Shown: positions 21,763 through 34,941, counted from the first letter of the stretch. The stretch: DNA of 38,232 nt from Blastocystis sp. subtype 4 (GCF_000743755.1 NW_014569477.1:1-38232); one strand, 5' to 3'. Notes: generated by a model from the letters alone, not told the origin. A program made the numbers and translations.

Positions 21763-23508
21763 ATGTCGTGCAGAGAATATTTAAAAGACCTTCAAATTCG
21801 TGTGGAACAGTCAAAGAACAAGGGTCGTTACCTTGTTTCCGAAAGACACATACCGGCTGGTAGGAATGCTTCATGAGTGATTGCTGATGTTGTAGGTACG
21901 ACAATTATGACATGCAAGCCGTTATCATTCGCTATCACGAATGAGAAGGAACAATTTGTATGTCAGAACTGTTTCAAGGAATATCCGAAGCTTATGACAT
22001 GTGCTAAGTGTGGTTATGCTCGTTATTGTTGTCGTCAGTGTCAAGTGAATGATTGGTGAGTAGTGTGATGAATGTTTCATGTATAGGAAGAATCACAAGT
22101 TGGAGTGTGGTTGGATGAAAAAGTTAATGGAAGTAATGAAAGTGATTTGGAGTAATGTGTAGAAGAAGCAGCCTATGAACAGTTACGTGTTGATAATACG
22201 TATGGTTTACCAGATTTGCACGCATCAGGCTTCTCATTCGAACGAGAATGGGATTATCAAAGGTGACTACACTGATATTCAAGATCACTGTGATAATCTG
22301 AGTTTGGCTTCTTGAGGTCATTGAGCATAGATGTGTCAGATAAAGAAACAGTCGAAAAGTACAAAGAGGTAGCTGAATTGATTCATGGTCTCGTATTGAC
22401 GGAGTCTTGGTACTCAGAAACAACTTGTCCACTTCAAGAAATCGTATCTTGTGTGGGAAGACTCTACAGTAATCGATTCTCAGTTACGTCATACCAGAAC
22501 TCAGATATTGCAATAGGAATGTACCCACTTGCTTATCTGATCAATCATCGTTGTACTCCAAATACTACGTTTGTGTTTGATGGTGATCACATGCTTGTTC
22601 GCTCTATTGCGGATATCAAGAAGGGAGAAGAAATTAACGTTGGGGTATAATTTGATGCTGATCCATAGATCAGTTATGTGGACGTGACCAAGCCAAGTTA
22701 TCTTCGGAATCAAATTCTGCATGAAGGCTATTGTTTCAGATGTTCGTGTTCGACTTGTAAGGATATCCAGAGAGATAAGAACCTTCTATCCTACAAGTGT
22801 TCTTGTGGAGGAGTTTTGTATCCAACAATTCGAAATGGTTATGATCGTCCTGGTCCTCATATGTATGAATGATTGATTGATAGAATTGTGGATTTGTGAT
22901 AAATGTGGAAAATCAGGATATTTTGCTGATGAGAAGCGATTGATTGAGGATGAGCAGTGTTATTCTCTTCTTATATGGCTTCAGTATTATTACATAGAAA
23001 TGATAAGAAATAGAACAGATGATGGATATTCATACAAGAAAACAAGTGAATTGTACACAGAATATCAATCAAAATGCACCACAGATAACTATTTGTATAT
23101 CCGTCTTCTACAATATCTTCTCACATATTTCATTGCATTGAATGTATGAATGAATAATGGTTCTTATTTAAAGCGTTCTATGGAATGTGAGGAGATTAGT
23201 CAGACTCTTCTTCAATTCATGAACAAGTACCAGATTCACTATAGTCGTGCTTTAATTCAAGAGGTTTGTGAGTATATTACCATGTCATATGAAGAACATC
23301 TCTTGTGGAAAGTTGGATTCCGGTCTTGGAAAGAATCTCTCGGCTATAAAATATTATGAAGAGGCATTGAAGATGTAAGATGAATTAGAGAGATATGAGA
23401 GATAGTGCTCGTGTGACGGATGGAGAGGGAAGTGCCATCTTTAAGATTATTGAAGGTCTTATTTCGGATGTTCGTATGAAGATCCCTCAGTTTATGAGAA
23501 GGAAATGA
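21763..23508 (+). CDS. SMYD-type SET and MYND domain lysine methyltransferase
   Basis: NKGRYLVS, MYND finger CQNC...CAKC..YCCRQCQ..DW..HKLEC, INHRCTPN, GEEI..SY and post-SET YCFRCSCSTC. Confidence 0.88.
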
Positions 23509-23525
23509 TGTTATTTAGGGTGTTA

Positions 23526-23533
23526 TGTTTGTT
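23526..23533 (+). terminator. TGTTTGTT polyadenylation-associated element
   Basis: Exact motif 17 nt after the SMYD stop. Confidence 0.7.
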
Positions 23534-23660
23534 AGGATATTTGAAGAAAGAGTGCCTTTTTTGAAGTCCATAATACGAAACGATTTCTTCAATTCCAAAG
23601 ATCATTCCAATTTCCATTTCTTTCTTTGATAACGCGATTAAGCAACGTGTTTGACCAACC

Positions 23661-24806
23661 ATGAGCTTAGTTCAACAAATCGCAGAAATTGAGGAGGAGA
23701 TGGCAAGGACTCAGAAGAATAAGGCAACCGAGAAGCATATTGGTTTGTTGAAGGCCAAACTTGCCAAATTAAGACGAGAAATCTTGACTCCGAAGAGTTC
23801 AAAGGGTGGTGGTGAAGGTTTTGATGTCACGAAGGCTGGAGATACGCGTATTGGTTTGATTGGTTTCCCTTCTGTTGGCAAGTCCACTCTTTTGACTAAA
23901 TTGACCGGAACCTTTTCAGAAGTTGCTGCGTATGAGTTCACTACGCTTACATGTATTCCTGGTGTTATTCACTACAAAGGAGCTAAGATTCAACTCTTGG
24001 ATTTGCCTGGTATCATTGAAGGAGCTAAGGATGGAAAGGGACGAGGTCGTCAGATTATTGGTACTGCTCGTACCTGTAATATGCTCGATGCCATGAAACC
24101 TGTTACACATAAGAGGCTTATCGAAAAGGAATTAGAGGGATTTGGAATTCGGTTGAATAAGCAGCCACCTAACATCTACTTCAAGATGAAGGACAAGGGT
24201 GGTGTGAATCTCCAAATCATGTCCAAAAACTGTGAATTGGATGCTGAAATCGTCTCTTCGATCCTTCATGAATACAAGATTCATAATGCTGATATCACAG
24301 TTCGTTGTGATGCAACAGTCGATGATTTGATTGATGTAATTGAAGGGAATCGTGTTTATATGCCTTGTTTATATGTTCTGAACAAGATTGACCAAATCTC
24401 CATTGAAGAGCTGGATATTCTAGCAGAGGTGAGGAAATTGTATGAAGGTGATATGTAGCTTGAACACTGTGTTCCTATTTGTGCAGGACGAGAATGGAAT
24501 CTCGATGAATTACTAGAGAAGATTTGGGAGTATTGTAAGATTATCCGTATTTACACCAAACCAAAGGTGAGAATGATGAGCGTGAGTAAGAGATAGGGTC
24601 AGATTCCAGATTACGAGGAACCTGTGATTCTTCACGCAGAGAATCCGACGGTGAGAGATTTCTGTAATCGGTTGCATAAGGATATTGCTCGTCAATTTCA
24701 GTATGCTTGGGTGTGGGGTTCTTCGGTGAAATATCAACCTCAACGTGTTGGATTGGATCATAAGTTATGTGATGAGGATGTTGTACAGATTGTGAAGAGG
24801 GATTGA
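23661..24806 (+). CDS. DRG1: Developmentally regulated GTP-binding protein 1 (OBG family, TGS domain)
   Basis: [45 protein letters not shown] and the TGS tail [17 protein letters not shown]. Two short introns. Confidence 0.95.
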
Positions 24807-24822
24807 GAGTATCTTTAGTAGT

Positions 24823-24837
24823 TGTTTGTAAGAAACA
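24823..24837. terminator. Near-palindromic element TGTTTGT-A-AGAAACA shared by convergent DRG1 and PRA1
   Basis: Plus strand TGTTTGTA at 24823-24830. Minus strand TGTTTCTT at 24830-24837. Confidence 0.65.
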
Positions 24838-24841
24838 GAAG

Positions 24842-25523
24842 AATTTGCTTTCTTGAGTTGAAGATCTGCATACCCATTTAAATATCGATCTTGCTCGTCA
24901 TTTTTGTCTCCATTCACAGAAAGGAGGAGGAGCATCTCTTTATAGTATTGAAGACTCTTCTCATCAACTTCTCGAATCACTGAATGTAGAAGGACAAGTG
25001 AACAACACAAAACAAGATACAACCCGATAAGATGATTCAATCGGAAAAGTGTAGAGAGGATTAAAATAACGAAAAATCCATAAACATATCGGAGATAGAG
25101 GAATCGGGGCTGCAGAGGATGGACAAACAAAAATAATCTAGAAATGATTCTTTGATATTATCAGACTACAAGGAAATAAAGGCAAGGGTAACAGTGAATA
25201 TCAAGAAGCGTTTGAAGAATCTACATCAACACAAATACAAAAACGAATACAAGAATGGAATGAAGAGAAACAGACAAATCAAAGCATAATTGCAGCAATA
25301 GTACAATAAGTTGATCTTCATCGTCTCAGTGATTGGTTTACTAATCGATTTTCCATTGAATATAGTTTCAAAGAAGTCATTCCAAGGACGCTATATATCA
25401 TTTACCAAGATCACATAATACAAGTTCCCTAAAACCAATAATTGAAAGCGTATGATGAATGTTTTGAATTGCTACAATTATGAAGGATAGAATAAGCCTA
25501 CCTTGTTCAATGTGAATAATCAT
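24842..25523 (-). CDS. PRA1/Yip3 family prenylated Rab acceptor membrane protein
   Basis: Spliced RPWNDFF...NLLYYCCNY followed by TM helices and VLLHSVIR. Probable poly(A)-created stop at 24842. Confidence 0.8.
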
Positions 25524-25913
25524 TCTCTCTTCTCAATGAATCAAAATGTAAGTTGAGAAGAGTGAGTTTAGCGAGAATCCAACAAAAGAATGATCAGAAT
25601 TGAAAACCCATAATGAAAAAGATAGAATTCCGCAGAGAGAGGAGTTTTCTTCCATGAGACAAGCTGTTAGTCCTTGTCGAGGTTGTAGATAGTTGTACCA
25701 ATGACCGTGTGGTGAGATACAATGAGCTGACAACCCAACAAACGATACACATACGTGGGAGTTGATGTCTCTTTACATTGATTCTCCATTTTTTGGATGA
25801 CCTATCCTCTTTTAAACGAAAGCGGGGAAAACGAAGCTTCCCGCCAGAATTCATATTGAACAACCTATAGTTTTATTTGACCCGTTTCTTGGATATCGCT
25901 AGCGTGAAACGAA

Positions 25914-28900
25914 ATGGTCAGTTCTGTGAGCGAGTTGTCTGTTGGAGAAGAGTTGCGAGATGACGAAACGTAAGACATTCGAAATGGTTTTAATTCTGTA
26001 GAGTTCTTACAAATCCAATTGATGTATTCATTATGGTTCGTAGAATGAAAGAATAGGAAGAGACAGAATTGCCACAACAAACCGAACTTGAAAATGAATC
26101 CACACTTCATCTAGATGAAGAAAAGGAGGATAATCTTGTAAGTCCTTGTTGAGCATTATTCATGTATAGAAAGAAGTTGATGAAGAACCAAGTCCTTCAA
26201 AAGGGAAGAAATCCAAAATGAGCCCTAAGAAAACTCGTCCTTCGTATTTAGATGCAGATGAGTGTTATCATTTATTTTCGAGTATCTACTTTGATCGTCA
26301 CTCTGTATCCAAGTTACTAGCAACAGTAATAAAGGAATTGAAGGTTGGTTTGAGTATATTGACTTCATTTTAGAAACAGCGTTCTTCCATTCCACTCCAA
26401 CTCATTACTGCAATCCTCTATCTCAGTAACTTAAAGGTGAATCCTAAGATTCGTCCTACAGCAGGTGTTGGTTCTTTGTATGATAAATCGATTGTTTACG
26501 ACAATCAAGAAGTGAGTAAGTGAATGAGGAATCATGAGTAGGATCATGTTCTTCCTTTCTCTCCCTTTATGCGTCATACTCGTGGTAAAGGTCCTTCAAT
26601 GTCATTCAATCGTTTTGAGAAACTCTGGTCAGGGATTGGACTTAACTATCTGGATTTACCTTCTGACACGATTGATGATTTGTTGAATTTCTTGATTGAA
26701 CTCACAGCCTATAAGTATCAGTAAGTCGTACTCTTAAGCACTAGTCATCGGAATCTCCGTTTTGTAGCAACAGCTAGTCTGGTATCATTCATGATAGGTC
26801 TAGCTGAATTGGAGAATGAAAAGCGAAGTGCTTTGGAAATGGAGAAGGGAAGAAAGAAGAAGGAAGTAGAGAGAGAACTGGAGAGAGTGGATGAATTGAA
26901 GAATCAGTTGTATCTCTCTGTCATTTGCCATCGTATTCGAGATGTGTTCACTCCTATACGCGAATTAGTCACACGAGACATTGGTAAGAATGAATGATTG
27001 AGGTCATTCTTAGGTGGGTTCATTCGAGCTTGTCCTGAATCATACTGTATTGATGACTATCTGAAGTATATTGGAGTGGCTCTCTCCGACAAGGATGCGA
27101 ATGTACGAATCGAGGGAGTTTCCCAGCTTACATCATTGTTCAAAATAGGTGATATTTTTTGACAAGTAGAACAAAGAGACATTTGACATCGGATTTGAAG
27201 GAATTATTGGAACGACACAAAAATAGGGTATTATTTATGACACGCGATACAAATGAAACTGTGATTCTTTACACAATCGATTTGGTGGATTGTATGAAAG
27301 GTGATTTTCGTGATGAATTGTGACATTCTAGAAAATGACATGATTTCCTCTCAAGAAGACGAATTGATATTTGAACTAATTCTAGACGTTTCACAGTCTG
27401 TAGGTCATCGTGCATTTGAATACTATGCCAAATGGAGTCTGGCTCATGAAGAGAATCGATTTGTTTCAATCCTTCAATATTTGGATCAATACGCGAAAGA
27501 TGATACAGAGATTCATCATGTATCTGTCTTTGTACTGAATGCTGCTGGGAATGTGGATGACCTATTAGTAGAGCCTTATCAATGGCTTTTTGATAGTGAC
27601 TCGATACAACAAACATTATTACAACAGAGAAAGGATTACAAGCTGGATTCACGATCAATGCAATTGTTGGGAGCACTCGTGAAATCATGTTTACGAGTAT
27701 TGAAAGAAGGAATTAGCCGTGGGTTATCGAAGCGACAGTCTCTCTATGAACAACTATGTTCTATCATGGAAGGCATTCTCCCACAATTGTTCTCAATGTA
27801 TAAGACTGAAACTTCCATGTTGAAACTCCTTGTGGATAGTGTCAGTTTCATTCAGTTTTCTTCAGTAGAAATGGCTCGAGCTGTGGCATCCAATCTTTTC
27901 TCTTTATTTGAATCAGAAACAGATCTTGATGCTGCAAATCATATTCTGAATGTAACAACACACATTGTAGCTCAATGTGCTCATTCTGAAGATCTTGATC
28001 TGATGTCTCTTCTTCGGGAATGCACTGATCGAACAATAGCACAGTGGAAGACTGTGAATCAGGAAAAAGCGCCCTTGATTCTGATGGTTCATGAGCAAGA
28101 GAAAGCAGCACAAGAGTTGTGTGTGGTATATGGTCGCTTGGTGAATGCGTACTGTTATCAGGATCTTACAGAGACTCTCGATGAACAACACGTCTTTGGG
28201 TCTGTGGATCTATTGTTAGCTGATCTTCCGACAGACATAGAGAGTAGGTGAATGGTGAGAATACGAATATAGGCTCTACTGGACTGGAACTTCGTTATCT
28301 TTGCCATCGTATCCAACAGATTCACTTGCTCTATCGTCTCCTTCATTCTCAACACACTACGGATGCTTCTCCTTCAGAGAGTGCTACTGATGTACAGGCT
28401 TCGATTCATCTCTTTGTAGAAGCAATCTCTGCTGAGATTTCTCGATTGCTCCCAAGGGAAAGTGCGTTATTGTATCGATATGAGCTGCTTCTTTGTGATT
28501 TGTTGATTCCCGCGGGAGATGATGTTATCACAGAGGATCTCACTCGATGTAGGATTGATTGAAGGATGTCAGATAGTGATGGGAGATTTGGTTCGAATTC
28601 AGTTGTTAGGGTACCATGATGTTGATCTCTTGGTCGATGGAGCAGTCACAGAAGAGGGTCGAACCCGTCAGCAAATTGCAACGAAACGAGTGCTGACTCC
28701 ACTCTACCAATGTTCTGTGGCTCATGCTGCTTCAGTGTTACCTTCAGCTCTTTTGTTCTTTGTATGTGACTATGGTGATGTAGCTGCACAGCTGGGAAGA
28801 GAATTATTGCGTCAAGTTAAGAACAGTGATGTGAAATGTTTAGCGAAGCTGGTTCAAGATTCTCTCCAATTTAGTTTCTCTGTTTATAAGACGAAACGTG

Positions 28901-29636
28901 TGTTGGTAAAGAATCCCGATGCTGATCCAGAGTTGTGTTATCTACACTTTGTCAATGTAAGTCGTCGAATCAGTCTGTTGTTAGGAGTTCAGCTACAGTA
29001 TTCAGTTCTTGTTCCCATGTTTGAAATGATGAAGGTAACTGAGAATAATGATGGTAATGGTGTAGGAAGCGATTGATACTGTTTCAAATACTCATCAGAG
29101 TGGTATGATTGAGTTCTTGGAAGCATTAATGCCATTCTCATCAAAACTAACACAAGAAGCTCGAGATTTGTTGAGTAGTGAGTTAGACAAAGTATGTATG
29201 TATGGTGAGATACCACTGATAGAGTGTATCATTGTTTGATGAAGAGGCAAGAGAGATATTAGAAAATGTGATAGCAAAACAAGATGCCAATGAATCTGTT
29301 GGTGAATTACCTCCCTATGGACGTGTGTTTGCTGCATTCCGTTCGTCATTGAAAGTGAAAACAACGAAGAGTGAAAAGAGACAAAGAGAAAGAGAAGTGA
29401 AACAGATTGAGGCTGTACAACCATCTAAGAAGAGAGATGTTGAAAAGAGACCGAAGCGAGACAAGAAGACTGAGAATAGTGAGAAGGTTTCGAAGGGAAA
29501 GACAAAAAAAGCAAGTGAAAAGGCAAAAACAAATGAGAAAATTGAAAAGAAGACAAATGCTAAAGTGACTAAAGGTGTGGATACGAAAAGGACACGTGTG
29601 AAAAGCACTGGAAAGACAAGAAGAGCAAACAAATAG
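25914..29636 (+). CDS. SCC3: Cohesin subunit STAG/Scc3 (stromalin)
   Basis: HRNLRFVAT, then VICHRIRDVFTPIRELV..IG.FI..CPESY..DDYLKYIGVALSDKDANVR (STAG/SCD signature). Lys-rich C-terminal tail and many short introns. Confidence 0.88.
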
Positions 29637-29677
29637 TTTAACATATAATTCATTCAACTGTTTGCTGTAGAATTGGT

Positions 29678-30744
29678 TTATTCACTTCCACATCATCTTC
29701 CTTCTTTCGAAAACTGTCATATACAACACAGCCTAATCCGGCAATAATAAGAAAAGCTCCCAAATCACCAATCACTAATTTCTACATTTCATCTCTATTT
29801 TCCTTTGTTACCTCATGCAAAAAGATGATCGCTACAATAGTCGTTGCTACCGGCTGGAAGGTTGTATAAGCTGAAATGATTGATGCATCAATAAATTTGT
29901 TGCACCACAACATAAGGAAATAGGTGGTAATGGAATGAATGAGAACAAAATAGGTTAAACACCAGATTCCTTCCTTTGGAATTGCCCATGCAGAAGGTTT
30001 ATCTAGTTGTCAGAAAGAGTATCAAACATCTACTCCAATACAAACAGATACCAACAAGCATGACAAGAACGGAACAGATATTATAACTAAGAGAAGTAAC
30101 TGTGACTGCCGGATATCTTTTGACTAGTGGCTTTGACAAAACAACAAAGAGAGAGTTGCTAAGGCAATTCACAAAAAAGAAGCAAGATCCAATCAAAATA
30201 CTTCGACCACTACTTCCTCCTCCAGAGAAGAATGCAACAACAAAGGCACCTGAAGCCGATAACAAGATGCCAAGTATCTTCCTCCAACTCTTTGATTCCA
30301 TGTGAATCATAATAGTGACGACTACTGTGATAATTGGCTGTGTTGCTTGCCAAATAGAAGCAATATGTGCAGGTGCAAATGATAAACCAACAATAAAACA
30401 CACTTGATTGCCAAACATACAGAGTCCAACAAAGAATAACCGGAGAATGTCTTCCTTGTGAACAAATTTGCTTCGTGTGATGAACTACAAGGGAAAAAAA
30501 ACCTAATATCATTTACACAAATAGAGAGAAGAATCAGTCCAGCAAACAATTCCCTGTAGAAAGCAAAAATGATTGGAGGCATAGAGTTTAGGGCTTCCTT
30601 TCCGATACAATTCCCAACACCAAAGAGAATTTGTACAAATATAGCAGTTGCATGGACAAACCACAGAGAAGGAGAGCGTTCACTTTTGCCATTAGGATCA
30701 TCTGTTGTTGTATCTTCTATGATGATTGTTTCTTGTTGATCCAT
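29678..30744 (-). CDS. EamA/DMT family membrane transporter (WAT1-like)
   Basis: About 10 TM helices with PPIIFAFYR, QPIITV...ESKSWRKILG and AYTTFQPVAT. Ends VGSE-TAA. Confidence 0.85.
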
Positions 30745-30846
30745 AGAAAGATACGTGATTGTGCTCTTTGGGGATTCCCCCAGAAATAAACCCCAAGGGA
30801 ATCTGAATCGCGGGAATTTACGATAATCGTTATGATAGGAATAAGG

Positions 30847-32075
30847 ATGAAGCGCACGGTAATTAGGAGGAACGCCATTCCCGATGAGATTCTTAACAAT
30901 ACTTCTCTGAATGAGGCGATTTCCAGACTGCCTTCGAACTACAACTTTGAGATTCACAAGACAATCCATCGTATCACACAAGCACATGCAAAGACAGTAT
31001 GTCTGCAATTCCCTGAAGGACTAGCAGTGTGAGGAAAGCGGTGGAACGTGATTTCTAGCTACGCTTGTGCAATTGCCGATATCATTCGTCATTTTACTCA
31101 TGCAAGAGTCATCGTAATGGGTGATGTAACATACGGTGCATGTTGTGTTGATGATTATTCAGCAAAGCGACTTGGTGCAGATTTTATGGTTCACTATGGT
31201 CATTCCTGCTTGATTCCAATTCAGAAAACCCAAATCCCAATTCTCTATGTTTTTGTGGAGTTGCACATTAATGTGGATCATCTCGTGAAGACAATCCATG
31301 CAAATGTTCCTGAAGACCAGCGAATTGCCTTACTAGGAACGATTCAGTTTTCTCAAGCCATTCATCAAGCGGCTGCACAGCTTCAATCCTTCTATCCCGA
31401 AGTATTGATACCACAGGTGATTGCCAATGTATTGTATCATTGATAGCAAAAGCCCTTGTCACGAGGTGAAGTCTTGGGTTGCACATCACCCATAATGCCA
31501 ACAACAGATTGTATGATATTTTTAGCAGATGGTCGTTTTCATATTGAGGTATTTATAATCCATTCATCTCACCTAGAGTGCCATGATCATGAATCCCTCT
31601 GTTTGTACACTTCGATATAATCCATACACGATGGAACTAACAGAAGAAGAATATGATTTGAACAAAATGCGATCTATTCGGGGTAACGAGATTGAAAAGG
31701 CAAAGAAGGCTGTTCACTGGGGCATAGTGTTAGGAACACTTGGTCGACAAGGAAATGAAATGATATTAGAACGATTGAAGACGATTCTGAAAAAGAAGAA
31801 CCTTGTTTATGATGTTGTGTTACTTTCAGAAATATCGGATGCTACAGTATGAATTGAAACGATTTGTGACATCTAGCTGTCTCGAATGAAGGGTATTGAT
31901 TGTTGGGTTCAAATTGCCTGTCCTCGTCTGTCGATTGACTGGGGTTCAGGCTATTCCAGGCCTCTCTTAACATGCTATGAAGCATTTGTCGCTTTAGGTG
32001 AAGCTGAGTGGACTGAACAATACCCAATGGACTGGTACAGTGCAGAAGGAGGTCCTTGGAGTAATTGTCAGAATT
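30847..32075 (+). CDS. DPH1: Diphthamide biosynthesis protein 1
   Basis: [67 protein letters not shown] and YPMDWY...GPWSN. Probable poly(A)-created stop at 32075. Confidence 0.95.
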
Positions 32076-32079
32076 TCTT

Positions 32080-32094
32080 TGTTTGTCACAAACA
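32080..32094. terminator. Perfect palindromic element TGTTTGT-C-ACAAACA shared by convergent DPH1 and the SMS-like gene
   Basis: Directly visible. Both halves are in register with incomplete stop codons. Confidence 0.75.
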
Positions 32095-32098
32095 CAAC

Positions 32099-33256
32099 CA
32101 ATTATTATACCAACGGAAGAAGCTGATCCACAGTCGGGACATAATGGAGATATTTGGAGGTTCATTTGGAATTGCAGCCAAAGAACTGGATTGGCATATT
32201 ATTTGCCACAGAGATGATGTAATAAAAACAGCCAAAATAACGTCAACAGAATAATGCATACGACTCTAGAGATTAGACATTGAGTCTGATCTCACCTTAA
32301 TAAAGGTAAACATAGCAAAAATACCTGCAACAAGGGCAATTAGAAATAGAGGAATCATATAGGATTGATTCTCTCGAGTAATCAACGTTCCTAACACCTT
32401 CAATAAACACCTCTCCATATTCGTACAGAGATTGCTGCTACTACAAAACGAGTATGCCCACTAAAGATCATATCTCCAGCAGAAAAAAAGGTGGTCGGTT
32501 TAGCAAGGAAGTTAAATGCGTGTTTGAAGCCTTCGCGCAAAGTAGGATGAATGTCTACAGGATGCCCTGCTCTACCGGTAAAGGAGTTCTATGAGACATA
32601 TCCAAGGATATTGATTTGTAGGACTTGAAGGACATGGATCTGAGAGACTCGTACAACAAAATGTGAGAGGTCTAAAAAAACCGGTGATTCCCAACAGCAA
32701 TAAAGCTTTGCGAAGCATAAGGAAGTTATCCTTAAGAAAGAGAAGCGAAATGGTAACAGGAAGGATGAGAAGTCCCATTAGAACGTCTCCAATTGTCTTT
32801 GTGTGAATTTTTCCAATCAAAGGCAGTTCAGTCGTCTCTTTCTAGGATGAAGTGGACACCAAATACAAACATGAGGTATCCATTCAAACAAATAATCAGG
32901 AAGGGTAGACATGGGAGCTCTAGAAGTAATAGACTCGGCAGAATGAAACCGATTCATACTGATGTAGGTTCCTGCAGTCTCATAGAGTTCTGCGGCAATA
33001 AAAAAAGCGATTCCAAGCTAAGAATCAGAATAAGCAGACATTTCAACAGCTGTCGTTAAGAAGACCCGATATGCGATTCCAATAACGATAACCCCAATGA
33101 CAACGATTAGCATCAGCACAAGAAGGATGATGTGAACACGTTCTACAATCAAACGTATTTATCACATTTACTCTCTGAGCGGGATACATGCACAATAATG
33201 GGTGTCCAGACAAGAGCTAAGATAAAGATAAAGAGATACAGCCAAATCGACTCCAT
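32099..33256 (-). CDS. Sphingomyelin synthase / inositol-phosphorylceramide synthase-like PAP2 membrane enzyme
   Basis: [24 protein letters not shown] and HYSVDVILA catalytic motifs with multiple TM segments. The start is approximate. Genomic TGA at 32086-32088 or poly(A)-created TGA at 32099. Confidence 0.8.
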
Positions 33257-33467
33257 GAATCTTCAAAACGGTGCTATGGAATAGATTCCTGTTCAAACAG
33301 CGAATGGGAGAATTGAACGATTCTACCAAACAATGACTGGAACCAACGTCGTTCTCACCGTAATCTGCATGTTTCAATCTTGAAAAAACTGTAAGATTAG
33401 AAATAATCTTGATTTATTGGAAGACTTTGCAAACTGGGTTGTGTCATTCTTTTTCTTTCTTGGTATA

Positions 33468-34938
33468 ATGAGTGTCGGTAGTTGAATCATTTTCTGAGCT
33501 ATAGAGCGACCCATTCACTGCAGGTGTTTATGTTCCACCGACGAATGTGAATACACATATACTTCAAAATGAGATATAGATGACTCCAGCAAATTTATTT
33601 CCGCAAATTGAGCCTGTTTCGGTGGAGAAAAGACTTCCACCTCCTCTTCCACCCAAAAACGTGAATCCTCGTCCTTCTCTTCCTGCAAAGCCACAGGAGC
33701 TCATTGATGAGGTAAACTACGCACGAAACTTCCCTACAATTCCTGTTTGAACTTGTGTTCCAATGCGATGTAGAATTACGAAGAACTCGCTTACGAAAAT
33801 GCAACTGTTGGGAGTCAGGTCCCTTGCCGAATTCCTGATATTCTTGTTCGTGAAGGTCAACCAACTGTTCTTCCTATTCCTACTGTCGATTTTCCTGTTA
33901 TAACAAGGGAACAGGCTGTGACTGCTTTTAAAGAATATGTGAGTTCGAAATGGTGCTGGGATCACCGGTTCTTGGAGACATTCCGCGTTTATGATGTACA
34001 GTTCGGTTTGTGAATTGATTATAGGATGAAATGGTATACTGTTACATTATGACTCTCGACAATTTCTATGAATCTCGAGGTGCTTGTTGGAATGAGTCCC
34101 AATTAACGTCTGAACCGGTTCTGGGTCCAGATCAAGGTGTTCCTCCAGCTCCATGGGATCTTCAGGTTCCATTGCCTCCTTATTTCCAAGACTGTGTCCG
34201 TTCGATTCCTGTCCCTTTCACGCAGGTCTGTAGAAAATGCTGTTCTTGTTCTGGATCTGGTGAAGAGTCTTGTTCAACATGTTCTGGTAGTGGTTTTTGT
34301 GTATGCTCCAAATGCCAAGGAAGGCCGAATGTAGTGAATTCTGATGAGTGATTGATTAGTAGGATAATCCTTGTTTGAATTGCAATGGAACAGGAAAAGA
34401 GCGTTGTGTACATTGTAGTGGAGTGGGTCGAGTTGGTTGTCATATGTGCAACGGTCGAGGTGCGGTGTTACGATGGATTGACGTAATGGCGGAATTCAAG
34501 ACGCACTCAATTGTGAATGTGATCGAACGAGGAGGATTGAACAAAGAGTATTTGAAATTATTAGAAGGAAGACAGATGTACAAGTGAGTTATGTTTGGTG
34601 GATTCATGATCAGAGTTCAAGGTTGGAGATTGGTTGAGGGAGACTCTTTTTATGATTCGGAAGTCAATGAGTCAATTCACGATCTTCTCCAGCAGGCAGA
34701 AGAAGTGAGAATGTGTTTTGGGACTGATAGATAGTTGGAAGCACAGTATGAAATCGTTGGTCTTCAACAGCAATTGCGTGTTTCAGTTGTCCCTGTTCGC
34801 ATCTTGCATTGTGAGAGTGACAACAATCAGTTTGATGTCTCTGTATTTGATATGGATTGCAAGATCTACTGTCCAGATTATCCTGTACAAACGTGTGGTT
34901 TGTGGAAGAATATGATGTCCAAGTGTTCAGTTCAATAG
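33468..34938 (+). CDS. SSUH2-like protein with CxxCxGxG zinc-binding repeats and a C-terminal CaaX
   Basis: YVSSKWCW, LDNFYESR, PWDLQVPLPPYF...PFT, repeated CxxCxGxG, IYCPDYP and final KCSVQ*. Confidence 0.75.
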
Positions 34939-34941
34939 TAG

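Noticed and set aside
25780..25800. Sm-site-like ATTTTTTGG suggesting an snRNA
   Set aside because: No recognisable U1, U2, U4 or U5 conserved elements nearby.
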